From a virus: a stretch of DNA of 64,000 nt. The notes under the pieces are model-generated. The model searched no databases. It had not been told where the DNA came from and saw only the letters and a program-made list of their open reading frames with translations. The stretch lies in the IMG/VR virus record IMGVR_UViG_3300045051_000172, positions 32,001 to 96,000 of that record; one strand, 5' to 3'. The position numbers and the translations under genes were made by a program. Shown here piece by piece: positions 1-9,819 of the stretch; the first letter of the stretch is position 1; every line of letters begins with the position of its first letter.

Positions 1-3000
1 GAAGATTTTCAACAATACGTTCAAATGTTGAACGTGATTCGAAATTACAATCTGGACACTACGACTGGTCAGGATTTAGATACCAGGGCTTTTGAATACG
101 GGCTCACCCGACAACAAGCCATTTCTGCGACAGGTAAAGTGGACATTCTCCGACCTGTTGGATTTGTAAAAGTTTCGACTTCTCTTTATCCAGGATTCCC
201 AGCTCCTCTCGCGGGCGACACTGTTCTTCGCGTGAACGACGCTTCGAACATTCTTTATGGAACTTCTGGCACTTTGATTATTGGTCGAGGAACTGCAAAC
301 GAAGAAGAAGTCACCTACTCTGTCGCTCCCGTAGACAATACGAACTACTGGGAATTTACAGTTTCTGCTTTCTCAAATGACCATACTTTGGACGATACCG
401 TCATCCTGAAACAAGGCGTAGACGAAGTAATTCCCGCTGGAACCGTGATTATCGTTCCAGGAACTTCTAACTCCCCAGAGATTTCCTTCACGGTAAATCA
501 AGATACAACTCTTCTGGCTGGAGAAGAAGAAGCGACTGATGTCGAAGTCACCGCTACGACTGCTGGCACGATAGGTAATATTCCAATTCAAGCTATTGAC
601 GGAGAAGAAGCCTTTTCTTCAGCTCCCTTTTCCGGAGCACGCGCGATCAACAACTCTAAGTTCACCACAGGTAAAGACTTAGAAACTGACGACGAACTTC
701 GAGACAGAATTAAAAATGCAATTCAATCCCTCTCCCGAGGTACAGCTACCGCAGTCAAAAATGCGATTGTCGGTGCTCTCGATGAAGAAACTGCAAAACG
801 GGTCGTTTCGGCAAACTTAATCGAGCCCTCAAATTTGCAAGATCCAGTCAAAATTTATATCGACGACGGTACAGGATTTGAGCCATCTTTTGAATCTCAA
901 GGATTCGAAACTATTCTTTTGAATTCAACCGGAGGCGAAGAACGAGTTCAACTCGATTTGTTTCCTCTTGTTAAAGCTCAAATCGAAACTACAGCTTTTG
1001 AACCTTACGATATGTCAGCCGGTTCCTTAACTCTTACTTACTCTGTAGGCTTGGCAACTGAAACAATCACTTTCGTTCCTCAGGATTTTGAATTCCCAAA
1101 TGCCGCAACTGCGGAAGAAATCGTTGCCTTAATTAACGACAAAGCTACAATAATTGAAGCTAGAACTTCCCAAGTAGGCAAAAAGGTCGTAATCCAAGCG
1201 ATGGATGATACGAACGAAGATATTCAAGTCACAAGCGGAACCGCGAATGCGAAACTTCTTTTCCCAACGGACAAGAAATCGACGCTGTTCCTTTATGTGG
1301 ATGATGTTCTTCAATCCAAAGACGGAGTTACTGCCTTTGTTGATTCCATTTCTGAAAGTTATAATTTCTCAGGTTTAGGCGCGGGTCCTTGGCCCCTTAC
1401 CGTAGTTGTTGACGGTAAGGTCGCCAATACTGCGACCGTTAACTTCGTTTCCGGAGACTTTGCTCTTCCCGCTGCTGCGACTGCCGAAGAAGTGGCGATT
1501 GCGATCAATGCCCGACTTCCTGGAGCAATGGCAACTGTCATAGAAAACGGAACCAAAGTTCGAATTGCCTCGAACACGGAATTATCCTCTTCCAGCAAAA
1601 TTCAAGTAACTGGCGGATCAGCCAATGGGGTTCTTGGATTTTCAACCTCACTAGTTACGGGTCAAGACAAGGATTACACCCTCAATCGAGAACTTGGACA
1701 AATTAGCTTCAACACTCCTTTGACTGCAAATCAACAAGTGACTGCGGGATCTCAATACACTAGAGCAAAGTTCAGAACAGCTTCCGCAGAATTTTATACA
1801 ATTACTGCGGCTCAAACTTTAGTTGTAACAATCGACGGCGGCTCACCTCAAACGATTACGTTCCCCTCAAGTGGAACCTTTAGCGCACAACAAGTTGCTG
1901 ATTTAATCAACGCTCAATTGATTGGTGGAACAGCTTACGTTCGAGAAGTGGGAACTGACAATTATTTAGAAGTTAGCACGAATACTTATACAGATGGGGC
2001 CGGAACTATTTTAATCAGCTCGTCTTCAAGTGCAGTAGCCTTGGATTTCCCTTATAATCAAACCGCAACTAACCAAAGACCTCACCGGGCATTTAGAATC
2101 AGCACTATTAGCGGACCCTATGCTTTCGTTGAAGGAGACAACTTAGTTGTTGTAATCGATGACGATCCTGCCACAAAGACTTTTAATATTATCTTGGATT
2201 TCGATGGTTCCGTGACCGCTGCTGGATCAGGTACGGTATTTACGAATGCCGTGTACAATACGATTTTCTTGACCAACAATATCCTCAATGGATTCTATGT
2301 TGTAATGAAAACTGGGCCAAATACGACTACCGGAAATATCTCTGACGTGACTATACCAGTCCCCGGTACAACGAGATTCATCTTCTCGACTCTTCCTACT
2401 GGATTAGCAAACTATGCCGCAGGAGATCATGTGAGTATTTCCGGCTTGACCAATTTGGATAATAATGGAAACTTTTTAATCACGGCAGTCAACACTGCAG
2501 GCAGCGGATACATTGAAGTTTCAAACTCAAATGGAGTTGCGGAAACCCTCGCTTCTGGAACTGCAGATTTAGGTCAACGAAGACAAGTTTCGGCTTACAA
2601 CGCCTCAACGGGACAGATCACGGTATCTTCTACCTTCAGTTCCTCCCCTGCAGTTGGCAATCAATTCATCATTCTTCCATCAACTTTGAAAAATGTCGTT
2701 GATTATATGAACAATGAAAAGATCACGAGTATCTCTCGAAGAGCCTATGTTGAAGAGGCCTCGAACAATACTCAACTTCAAATTTCTTCTAAATCTGAAG
2801 GATCTGATGGATATGTTCAAGTTACCGGGGGATCTGCAAATCTTAAGTTCGGATTCTCAACTACCTTGATTCAAGGACTTCAAGGATACAACTATTTCAC
2901 GGGCTTGCTCAAGCTTGTACACAAAATTGTGTACGGGGATGACACTGACCGAGTGACCTATCCTGGATTCGGAGCTGCCGGAGTTACTTTCCAAATTCTC

Positions 3001-3273
3001 GCACCAACAGTTAAAGAAGTCGCAGTAAATGTGAACGTAACTCTTAAAGAAGGAGTTTCCATCAGTAGTGTTGAAGAAGATCTTAAGTCTGAAATTTCTG
3101 CCTATGTAAACGGCCTTGGAGTAGGAGAGGACGTAATCGTCTCTGAAATTATTGATCGAGTCATGGGCGTAGACAATATCATTGATGTGGAGGTTATTGA
3201 ACCTGCTGCGAATATTGCGATTCAAGACAACGAAATTTCTCGAACTAAGAGCAGCCTGATCTTGATCGGATAA
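1..3273 (+). CDS. Baseplate J-like wedge protein, very large with internal insertions; 5'-truncated by the window edge
   Basis: The frame is open from base 1. It has gpJ-type motifs 'GQDLDTRAFEYGLTRQQAISATG' and 'ETDDELRDRIKNAIQSLSRGT', and a C-terminal 'ISAYVNGLGVGEDVIVSEIIDRVMGVDNI'. Confidence 0.8.
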   Translation, partial: EDFQQYVQMLNVIRNYNLDTTTGQDLDTRAFEYGLTRQQAISATGKVDILRPVGFVKVSTSLYPGFPAPLAGDTVLRVNDASNILYGTSGTLIIGRGTANEEEVTYSVAPVDNTNYWEFTVSAFSNDHTLDDTVILKQGVDEVIPAGTVIIVPGTSNSPEISFTVNQDTTLLAGEEEATDVEVTATTAGTIGNIPIQAIDGEEAFSSAPFSGARAINNSKFTTGKDLETDDELRDRIKNAIQSLSRGTATAVKNAIVGALDEETAKRVVSANLIEPSNLQDPVKIYIDDGTGFEPSFESQGFETILLNSTGGEERVQLDLFPLVKAQIETTAFEPYDMSAGSLTLTYSVGLATETITFVPQDFEFPNAATAEEIVALINDKATIIEARTSQVGKKVVIQAMDDTNEDIQVTSGTANAKLLFPTDKKSTLFLYVDDVLQSKDGVTAFVDSISESYNFSGLGAGPWPLTVVVDGKVANTATVNFVSGDFALPAAATAEEVAIAINARLPGAMATVIENGTKVRIASNTELSSSSKIQVTGGSANGVLGFSTSLVTGQDKDYTLNRELGQISFNTPLTANQQVTAGSQYTRAKFRTASAEFYTITAAQTLVVTIDGGSPQTITFPSSGTFSAQQVADLINAQLIGGTAYVREVGTDNYLEVSTNTYTDGAGTILISSSSSAVALDFPYNQTATNQRPHRAFRISTISGPYAFVEGDNLVVVIDDDPATKTFNIILDFDGSVTAAGSGTVFTNAVYNTIFLTNNILNGFYVVMKTGPNTTTGNISDVTIPVPGTTRFIFSTLPTGLANYAAGDHVSISGLTNLDNNGNFLITAVNTAGSGYIEVSNSNGVAETLASGTADLGQRRQVSAYNASTGQITVSSTFSSSPAVGNQFIILPSTLKNVVDYMNNEKITSISRRAYVEEASNNTQLQISSKSEGSDGYVQVTGGSANLKFGFSTTLIQGLQGYNYFTGLLKLVHKIVYGDDTDRVTYPGFGAAGVTFQILAPTVKEVAVNVNVTLKEGVSISSVEEDLKSEISAYVNGLGVGEDVIVSEIIDRVMGVDNIIDVEVIEPAANIAIQDNEISRTKSSLILIG

Positions 3274-3283
3274 TGAGGCTTAA

Positions 3284-4588
3284 ATGAGTGACAAAGTTGA
3301 ACGATATTTTCTTAACGCTCCAAGGATTATAAACGCCCGTTTCAATCCTATCGTCAAAGCTCTCTTTGAAGCTTGGGCTATTTCAGATGAAAATATCGTA
3401 GAAGAAATCAAAAATACGAAAGATCAAATCTTCGTAAGAACAGCCTCCGGACAATACCTGGATCGTTTAGCTTCTGGGTTGGGAGTTTCTCGTCCAGCCT
3501 CTTTGGGTCTTTTAGATTCAGATTTCCAAGAACTGATCCCTAACCTTTCTTTAAAGGCCAAACAAGTTCGTCAAATTTTCTACGACACCATGGACGTGTT
3601 TTGGGGTCCTTTATTCTCTCGCGCGAATGTGACCTCACTTAATTTTGAACCATTCAACGTCATAATTGGAGACAAACTCCAAGTAACGATAAACCATTCC
3701 ATCACTGAAGAAGTTGAAGCTTTGCCAGGAGATATTGCTATCTCAGGGGCAGCTACTGCAGAAGAATTGGCAGCCATTTTCTCCCGTCTAAAAAATGCAA
3801 CTCCTTCAGTTATTGAAGATCAAATCAGCGGAAACAAATTCATAAATCTGCGCACAAACACTCCTGGATCACGAGGTTCAATTGAAGTTCTCTCAAGTTC
3901 CATGGTCGGGGGCGCAAAAGTAGACTTTCCTTTAGAAGAAGTGGATATCTTGGATTTGGATCAAAGAACGGTTGTTTATGAAATCACCCACAGGGAGTTG
4001 ATTATCGAGATCCCAGCTTTCGTTCCAACTCTTCGAAGAATTTTAAGAGGGTCTCACCATTTTCATCAAGACGAGACTTTGGAAGCCCCAATTCCTCCGA
4101 ATAACGGAGTTTGGGCTGGAAGTTTCCTCTTCAATCCAGGCGGATCAGCATTCAGCCTCACCGGCCAAAAGACGACGATCTCTGAGAATTTAGAAGCAGG
4201 AAGCGTTTATACCAAGGTAACTGTGGCCTCCGGAAACAATATTCCCGACGAAAAAGGGTTCATTATGTTCGATTTCGGTCGATCAACCCAAGAGTTTCCA
4301 GTACCCTATATCGCGCGCCCGAACAATAATACGATCCTCTTAGACCCCTCCTATGTGTTTCAAAAGACTCACTTAAGCGGGGCTTCGATCAATTTTATCG
4401 AAGATAGACAAGCCTACAAGCCCCGGACGACTGGAGCGGACCTTCCGATCTATTTTACGTCCCCCGTGAGCGCTCGAACGATTGTTCAGGGATTGCTTGA
4501 AACCTTGGCCGCTGCCGGGGTAGTTGTTGTGTTTAAGATCCTACTTCCGAAATACAAATATTTGGTCGAGAATCCCTATGCGGAATAA
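3284..4588 (+). CDS. Baseplate wedge protein, P2 gpI-like N-terminus
   Basis: 'TASGQYLDRLASGLGVSRP' is a gpI-type motif, and the gene directly follows the gpJ-like gene. Confidence 0.6.
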   Translation: MSDKVERYFLNAPRIINARFNPIVKALFEAWAISDENIVEEIKNTKDQIFVRTASGQYLDRLASGLGVSRPASLGLLDSDFQELIPNLSLKAKQVRQIFYDTMDVFWGPLFSRANVTSLNFEPFNVIIGDKLQVTINHSITEEVEALPGDIAISGAATAEELAAIFSRLKNATPSVIEDQISGNKFINLRTNTPGSRGSIEVLSSSMVGGAKVDFPLEEVDILDLDQRTVVYEITHRELIIEIPAFVPTLRRILRGSHHFHQDETLEAPIPPNNGVWAGSFLFNPGGSAFSLTGQKTTISENLEAGSVYTKVTVASGNNIPDEKGFIMFDFGRSTQEFPVPYIARPNNNTILLDPSYVFQKTHLSGASINFIEDRQAYKPRTTGADLPIYFTSPVSARTIVQGLLETLAAAGVVVVFKILLPKYKYLVENPYAE

Positions 4589-4642
4589 TAACGGGGAACT
4601 CGCAAGGATAGTAGAATAAGGGTAGATTTACAGGAGATTTAG

Positions 4643-7600
4643 ATGGCCATTCTAAGTAAAGTTTTAATGCATCCTCAAGAAAGGTTTGACCTCGAAGACT
4701 TCGAGCAAGGTCAGATCGATCAATTGACCGATGCAAAGTTCTGGACCCGAGAATTCCTGTCTGAAGGTGCTTATATCCTCAAGGGATTCGCAGTATCTGG
4801 CCTCGGCGCTCCCTCTCCTTGTTCAGTTTCTCTTACAGATGCAACCCTGATTAATTCAAACAATACCGGAGATTTCTCCTGGTTTACTGCTCCTACGAGT
4901 CCAACTCCCCTCAGCGTAACTCTTCAACCTTCGAGTCGAAATTATCTCGAATTGGAATTGTCGACTGTTGACGGAACCCCCTTGACTAAAGCGTTTTGGG
5001 ACCCCTCGGCTGACGGTGGAAATGGTGCAGAATTTCAACAAATCGTCGATACCATTACTGACTTAGATGTCAACGTAATCGTATCAACCACAAGTTTTAG
5101 CGGTTCTGCGGATAGAATTCCTCTCGCGATTGTCGACACAGACGGAACCAATACGGTCAAACTTATCATCGATAAACGACCCCTGTTCTTCAGACTCGGA
5201 ACTACTTCTGACTCTCTTAACAATTTCAACTGGTTGAGTCAATTAGAACCTGCCGTGACCCTGACCTTGTCTGGCGTTTCCGGATCTTTCACTGCGGGAG
5301 AAATCTTAAACTTCTCAGGCGGCGCAACTGCGACACTTCAATCCGGAGTCACGACTCCTTTATTGGCTGTAAATTTCAGCTCTGATTCATTCGCAGTAGG
5401 CAACACGGTTACTGGCGCAACCTCAGGCGCGAGCGGAACTTTGCTCACTGCGTCAGACTCTTTCACTGGAGCCGACAAGAACATTAAGAATTTCAAAAAT
5501 GCACTTGATGCAGTAATGACTGAAATCAAACGCATCAAAGGAACAAACTACTGGTATGAAGCCGGTTTCGGTTCTGTTCTCGGTGAAATGAGATTCATCA
5601 ACTCCGTTCTAACTCAGAACACAACTTCAGCATTTATTGGATGGGATGGAACCAACGTAAGAATTTCCGACAATAACGGAACTCCTACGGCTGCAGATAA
5701 TATCGGTTTAATCAGAATTTTCGGATATAACGGAACCCTCAATTTACGTCGACAAGACGGAACTGGCGGCTCGTCCTTAATTCCACTTTCCGATGGTCAA
5801 GTTCTTTATGTGGAGCTTCCTACCTCTGGCAATAGAAACTATTCCGGAGTCGGTGCTGGATCTACGAATTACAAAACGATTGGTCGAACATCTTTCGTCC
5901 TCAACGATTCTAATTACTGGATCGCTTATCGAGAAGGTGGAAAAATTTACGTCCGAGGAATGGGCGAACTTGAAACTGGCGAAGAAGGTGGAATCGGAGA
6001 TACTCTCCCAGTTGACTTAATGACAGCTCTTGGATTGGATGAAAATGATCCAACTCCAAACTATACTTCGGATATCCGAGGTTCGGCTGGAGAAAGCTTC
6101 TTAGCTCGTATCAGCACCTTGACTTCCAACCAAGGAGATTATCAAGAAGATCGATCTGCATTTATTAGATCAAATTCTCCCGTTGTTTGGACTGGAACTC
6201 AACTTCAATTCACGGACAATATCGTTTTAGAAATCATCAATTCCAAAATTGGAACTACGACTCTTCACACGATCTTAACTTCTGGAAGTCCTTTAAATTT
6301 AACGAATGGTCAAATCGCGTATATAACGGTTGATAGAACAACTGCTTCTGAAAACGTCACATTGACAGTTGGGACTTCGACCCCAGCGCAAGTTCAAGCA
6401 AATAAAGACATTTTTGTTCTCTTCAAAAGAATTGATATTTCAGGACAAGGATTTTTATTCCTTCCCTTCAACCGACAAGTATTCCGAGCTGGACAAAGTT
6501 CATACCTTGGAGCATCAGGTTCTGGTTCTGGAATCACAGCAATTGATTTCCATGATCCTTTGAGCACGACTCTTCCTACGGGAACTTCAGTCACTATTGA
6601 CGGAGTCTCAGGAGTGGACGGGGATCTGGTTCTCTATACGAACCTCTCTTCTGGAAATAATCGAGTTTATAAACTGGGCGGCGTAGGAGTTTCTCTTACT
6701 TGGACCGCTCAATTCTCCTTCTCAAACGGAATCGATCCTTCAGATATGGATTTGATTGCGATTCGACGAGGAAATGGATTTGCCGATCAAATTGGTAAAT
6801 ACACTGGAACTGCTTGGCAATTCAACAAAACTCTTCGATATTTCGATGGAGCAAACTACGTTGAAATGGAAGCCATTAAAACTTCTACTTTGACCGCTTC
6901 AACAACTGACAATTTATTCAGCGTATCAGCCGCTTCTTCTGAAAACTGGGAAGTCCACTATTCCATCCTCAGAGGTTCAATTAAAGAATCAGGCATTCTC
7001 TTCCTAAACCACAATGGTACGGTTGCTTCTGTATCTCAAAGTGGAACGAATAACAATGGAGACGTTGGAATTGAATGGGATGCCGACATCAACGCAGGAA
7101 ACGTCCGTTTGAGATACTCCGCTGATGCTTCTGGCCCTGATGCGACAATCAAATATTTCTTCTTCCGATGGTCTGATGCTGTGGGAGGCCCTAATGGAAT
7201 TCCTTCGTATTCTGGAATCAGCGCTACTCCTGTTGTGGCCGCCGGTAACGTCGGAGATGTGCAATTTAAGGGATCAGGCGGCGGATTAGCTGCGAATGCA
7301 GAATTTACTTGGGATGATACAACCAAAGAATTAAACTTAAATGGTCTCAGATTGAGCACTTTACGCTCGGCTGCAATCGCCAATAACGTAGGTTCTCCAA
7401 CGACTTTATTCAGTATCGATGCCTCTTCCTTCGAATTCGCAACAATCGAATTCAGTATCAAACGAGGGACTGGTCGAAAAGTAGGACGTATTTTTATCGC
7501 GGCAGATGGCCCGTCTCCTACTGTAACTGGGTTTAACGAAGACTGGAGCGAGCCGCTTCCCACAGGCGTAACCCTGTCGGCTTCAATTTCGGGTTCTTTG

Positions 7601-7675
7601 GTAAATATTCAATATATTTCAGACAACTCAGGCCCTACTGGGACGATGAAATACCATCAAAAGAAATGGGATTAA
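4643..7675 (+). CDS. Baseplate/fibre attachment protein (1010 aa)
   Basis: It follows the baseplate genes, is Gly/Ser/Thr-rich, and ends in two copies of a beta-rich domain also found at the C-termini of the next two fibres. RBS AGGAG. Confidence 0.6.
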   Translation: MAILSKVLMHPQERFDLEDFEQGQIDQLTDAKFWTREFLSEGAYILKGFAVSGLGAPSPCSVSLTDATLINSNNTGDFSWFTAPTSPTPLSVTLQPSSRNYLELELSTVDGTPLTKAFWDPSADGGNGAEFQQIVDTITDLDVNVIVSTTSFSGSADRIPLAIVDTDGTNTVKLIIDKRPLFFRLGTTSDSLNNFNWLSQLEPAVTLTLSGVSGSFTAGEILNFSGGATATLQSGVTTPLLAVNFSSDSFAVGNTVTGATSGASGTLLTASDSFTGADKNIKNFKNALDAVMTEIKRIKGTNYWYEAGFGSVLGEMRFINSVLTQNTTSAFIGWDGTNVRISDNNGTPTAADNIGLIRIFGYNGTLNLRRQDGTGGSSLIPLSDGQVLYVELPTSGNRNYSGVGAGSTNYKTIGRTSFVLNDSNYWIAYREGGKIYVRGMGELETGEEGGIGDTLPVDLMTALGLDENDPTPNYTSDIRGSAGESFLARISTLTSNQGDYQEDRSAFIRSNSPVVWTGTQLQFTDNIVLEIINSKIGTTTLHTILTSGSPLNLTNGQIAYITVDRTTASENVTLTVGTSTPAQVQANKDIFVLFKRIDISGQGFLFLPFNRQVFRAGQSSYLGASGSGSGITAIDFHDPLSTTLPTGTSVTIDGVSGVDGDLVLYTNLSSGNNRVYKLGGVGVSLTWTAQFSFSNGIDPSDMDLIAIRRGNGFADQIGKYTGTAWQFNKTLRYFDGANYVEMEAIKTSTLTASTTDNLFSVSAASSENWEVHYSILRGSIKESGILFLNHNGTVASVSQSGTNNNGDVGIEWDADINAGNVRLRYSADASGPDATIKYFFFRWSDAVGGPNGIPSYSGISATPVVAAGNVGDVQFKGSGGGLAANAEFTWDDTTKELNLNGLRLSTLRSAAIANNVGSPTTLFSIDASSFEFATIEFSIKRGTGRKVGRIFIAADGPSPTVTGFNEDWSEPLPTGVTLSASISGSLVNIQYISDNSGPTGTMKYHQKKWD

Positions 7676-7704
7676 CAGGCTTATACTAGGTTTAGGAGAA
7701 AACT

Positions 7705-9753
7705 ATGGCATCAGGAACATATAAAATTTCAGGCGCTCTGCAAATGGGAGCAATGGCCTCGGCCCCAGCTTCCCCAGTTCAAGGGCTTATTTATTACGAT
7801 TCAGCCCTTCAAGAGTTTCGACTCTATGCAGGCGGCGGATTCAAACATATTGCTGATTTCAGCGTGTTGGGATCTACGGCCAACGGAGAAGGTGCCTCAA
7901 CCATTGGTATCGAAGATGTTGATGGAAATTTCACAGCTACCAACGTAGAAGCAGCTCTTGCTGAACTCTATGAGGGTCTCGCAACCGCTGGCGCGACAAC
8001 CTTCGACGAAGCAATGTTCCGAATTTATAAAACTGGCGCTCCTACGACTGAATTAATTTTCTCTCTTACGGCTCTCACCGCAGACCGTACAATTACGATG
8101 CCAGATTCGAACGTGAACCTTGGTTTAGTTGCTACTGCGATTCAACGAGATGGTTCGGTTGCTTTCACTGCAAATCAGCCTATGGGCGGATTCAAACTTA
8201 CCGGCCTTGCTGCTGGTACAAGTGCCGGTGACTCAGTTCGATACGAGCAAGCTATCTTGATCTCTGGAGCTAACGCTTTCGCTGCAAACCAACCAATGGG
8301 TGGATTTAAGTTCACTGGTTTAGGTGCAGGATCAGGCGCTGGCGATTCAGTAAGATATGAACAAGTTATTCTGGTCAACGGCGCAAATGCCTTCACTGCC
8401 GACCAATCTTTAGGTGGATTCAAAATCACCAACTTAGGTGCTCCAAGTGCTGGCGGCGATGCTACCAATAAGACTTACGTTGATGGCCAAATTGCAAACT
8501 ATATCAACGGAGTAAAACCAAAACAAGCCGCACGAGTTGCTGCAGATGTTGATGTTGATATCGCTACTGAATTAGAAAACGGCGATACCTTAGACAGCAT
8601 TGTTTTGGCAACTGGCGACCGAGTTCTCTTGACCGCACAAACGGCACCTGAAGATAATGGTGTGTATGTGGTTCAAGCTTCTGGAGCCGCTATTCGATCT
8701 TCGGATTTCGATTCTCTTACTCCAATTGACGAAATCAATGGAGCCTACTTACCAATTCAAGAAGGTACATACCAAGGCGCACTTTTCGTTCAATACGGAA
8801 CAGTTTCCGTTATTGGAACAGATCCAATTAACTTTACATACATCCCTGCCGTTACGTCAATCGTAGGCGGAGATATGATCTCGGTTCTCGGAAATATTGT
8901 TTCTGTAGACCTTGCAACAGTTTCTGGTTTGGAATCTACCAACCCTGGAAACAACGCTGGACAACTTCGAATCAAACTCGAAGCTTCAAACCCCAGCTTA
9001 CAAATCAGCGGTTCTAACGAACTTGGTGCGAAATTGTATTCAGGTGGCGCATTAGTTAAGAACTCTTCTGGTCTCTTGGTAAACACCGATGGAACCACAA
9101 TTGAGATCGCGACTAACGCTTTACAAATTAAAGACAACGGAGTTTCTGATGCTAAATTCCGACAATCTGCTGGACTCAGCGTTGTTGGACGTTCGGCTAA
9201 CTCAACTGGAAACGTAGCAGACATTACTGCCGCAGTTGATGGACAAGTGCTCCGAAGAAGTGGAACTTCGATTGGATTCGGCCTTTTGGTTGATGCCAAC
9301 ATTGATGCCGCTGCCGCAATCGCAGGTACGAAAGTATCTCCTGATTTCGGTTCCCAAAACATCAGAACGACTGGACAAATCCGACAAGGATCTGCTTCGA
9401 ATGATGTGGAAGAATTCTATCTCCATAACCAAACCCTTAATGGCAGTGCGTCAGGAACGGCTTTGGCTACGTTGACTTTTAATGGTCAAACGTACAAATC
9501 TTTGGTCATTATTTACAACGTAGTCGATACGGTAAGTAATAACCGACGAACTGGTATCCTCTATGTTTCAGCAGATAACGCTTCGGGCGTAACTCCTGCT
9601 GCGGCTGATGCAACTGATACCGGCGGAGATGCTGATGGCGATCCAGGCGTACAATGGGCTGCAGCAATCAGCGGTACAGACGTTGAAGTGCGATATACGA
9701 CTACAGCGAATAACAAGACGTTAAACGCCAAAGTCTTTAGAATTAGAGCCTAA
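7705..9753 (+). CDS. Tail fibre/adhesin protein (682 aa)
   Basis: It has three ~38-aa repeats (ANQPMGGFK.TGL.AG..AGDSVRYEQ), a 'DATNKTYVD' fibre motif and a fibre-type 'DRVLLTAQTAPEDNGVYVV' segment. Confidence 0.75.
   Translation: MASGTYKISGALQMGAMASAPASPVQGLIYYDSALQEFRLYAGGGFKHIADFSVLGSTANGEGASTIGIEDVDGNFTATNVEAALAELYEGLATAGATTFDEAMFRIYKTGAPTTELIFSLTALTADRTITMPDSNVNLGLVATAIQRDGSVAFTANQPMGGFKLTGLAAGTSAGDSVRYEQAILISGANAFAANQPMGGFKFTGLGAGSGAGDSVRYEQVILVNGANAFTADQSLGGFKITNLGAPSAGGDATNKTYVDGQIANYINGVKPKQAARVAADVDVDIATELENGDTLDSIVLATGDRVLLTAQTAPEDNGVYVVQASGAAIRSSDFDSLTPIDEINGAYLPIQEGTYQGALFVQYGTVSVIGTDPINFTYIPAVTSIVGGDMISVLGNIVSVDLATVSGLESTNPGNNAGQLRIKLEASNPSLQISGSNELGAKLYSGGALVKNSSGLLVNTDGTTIEIATNALQIKDNGVSDAKFRQSAGLSVVGRSANSTGNVADITAAVDGQVLRRSGTSIGFGLLVDANIDAAAAIAGTKVSPDFGSQNIRTTGQIRQGSASNDVEEFYLHNQTLNGSASGTALATLTFNGQTYKSLVIIYNVVDTVSNNRRTGILYVSADNASGVTPAAADATDTGGDADGDPGVQWAAAISGTDVEVRYTTTANNKTLNAKVFRIRA
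8158..8480 (+). repeat. Three tandem ~114-bp coding repeats in the fibre gene
   Basis: AFTANQPMGGFKLTGL / AFAANQPMGGFKFTGL / AFTADQSLGGFKITNL, spaced 38 aa apart. Confidence 0.8.
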
Positions 9754-9819
9754 AAATTAGATGTGCCCTAACGGGCCCATCGAACCCTCCAAGGATGTTG
9801 GAATTGAAGGAGTTCGAGA

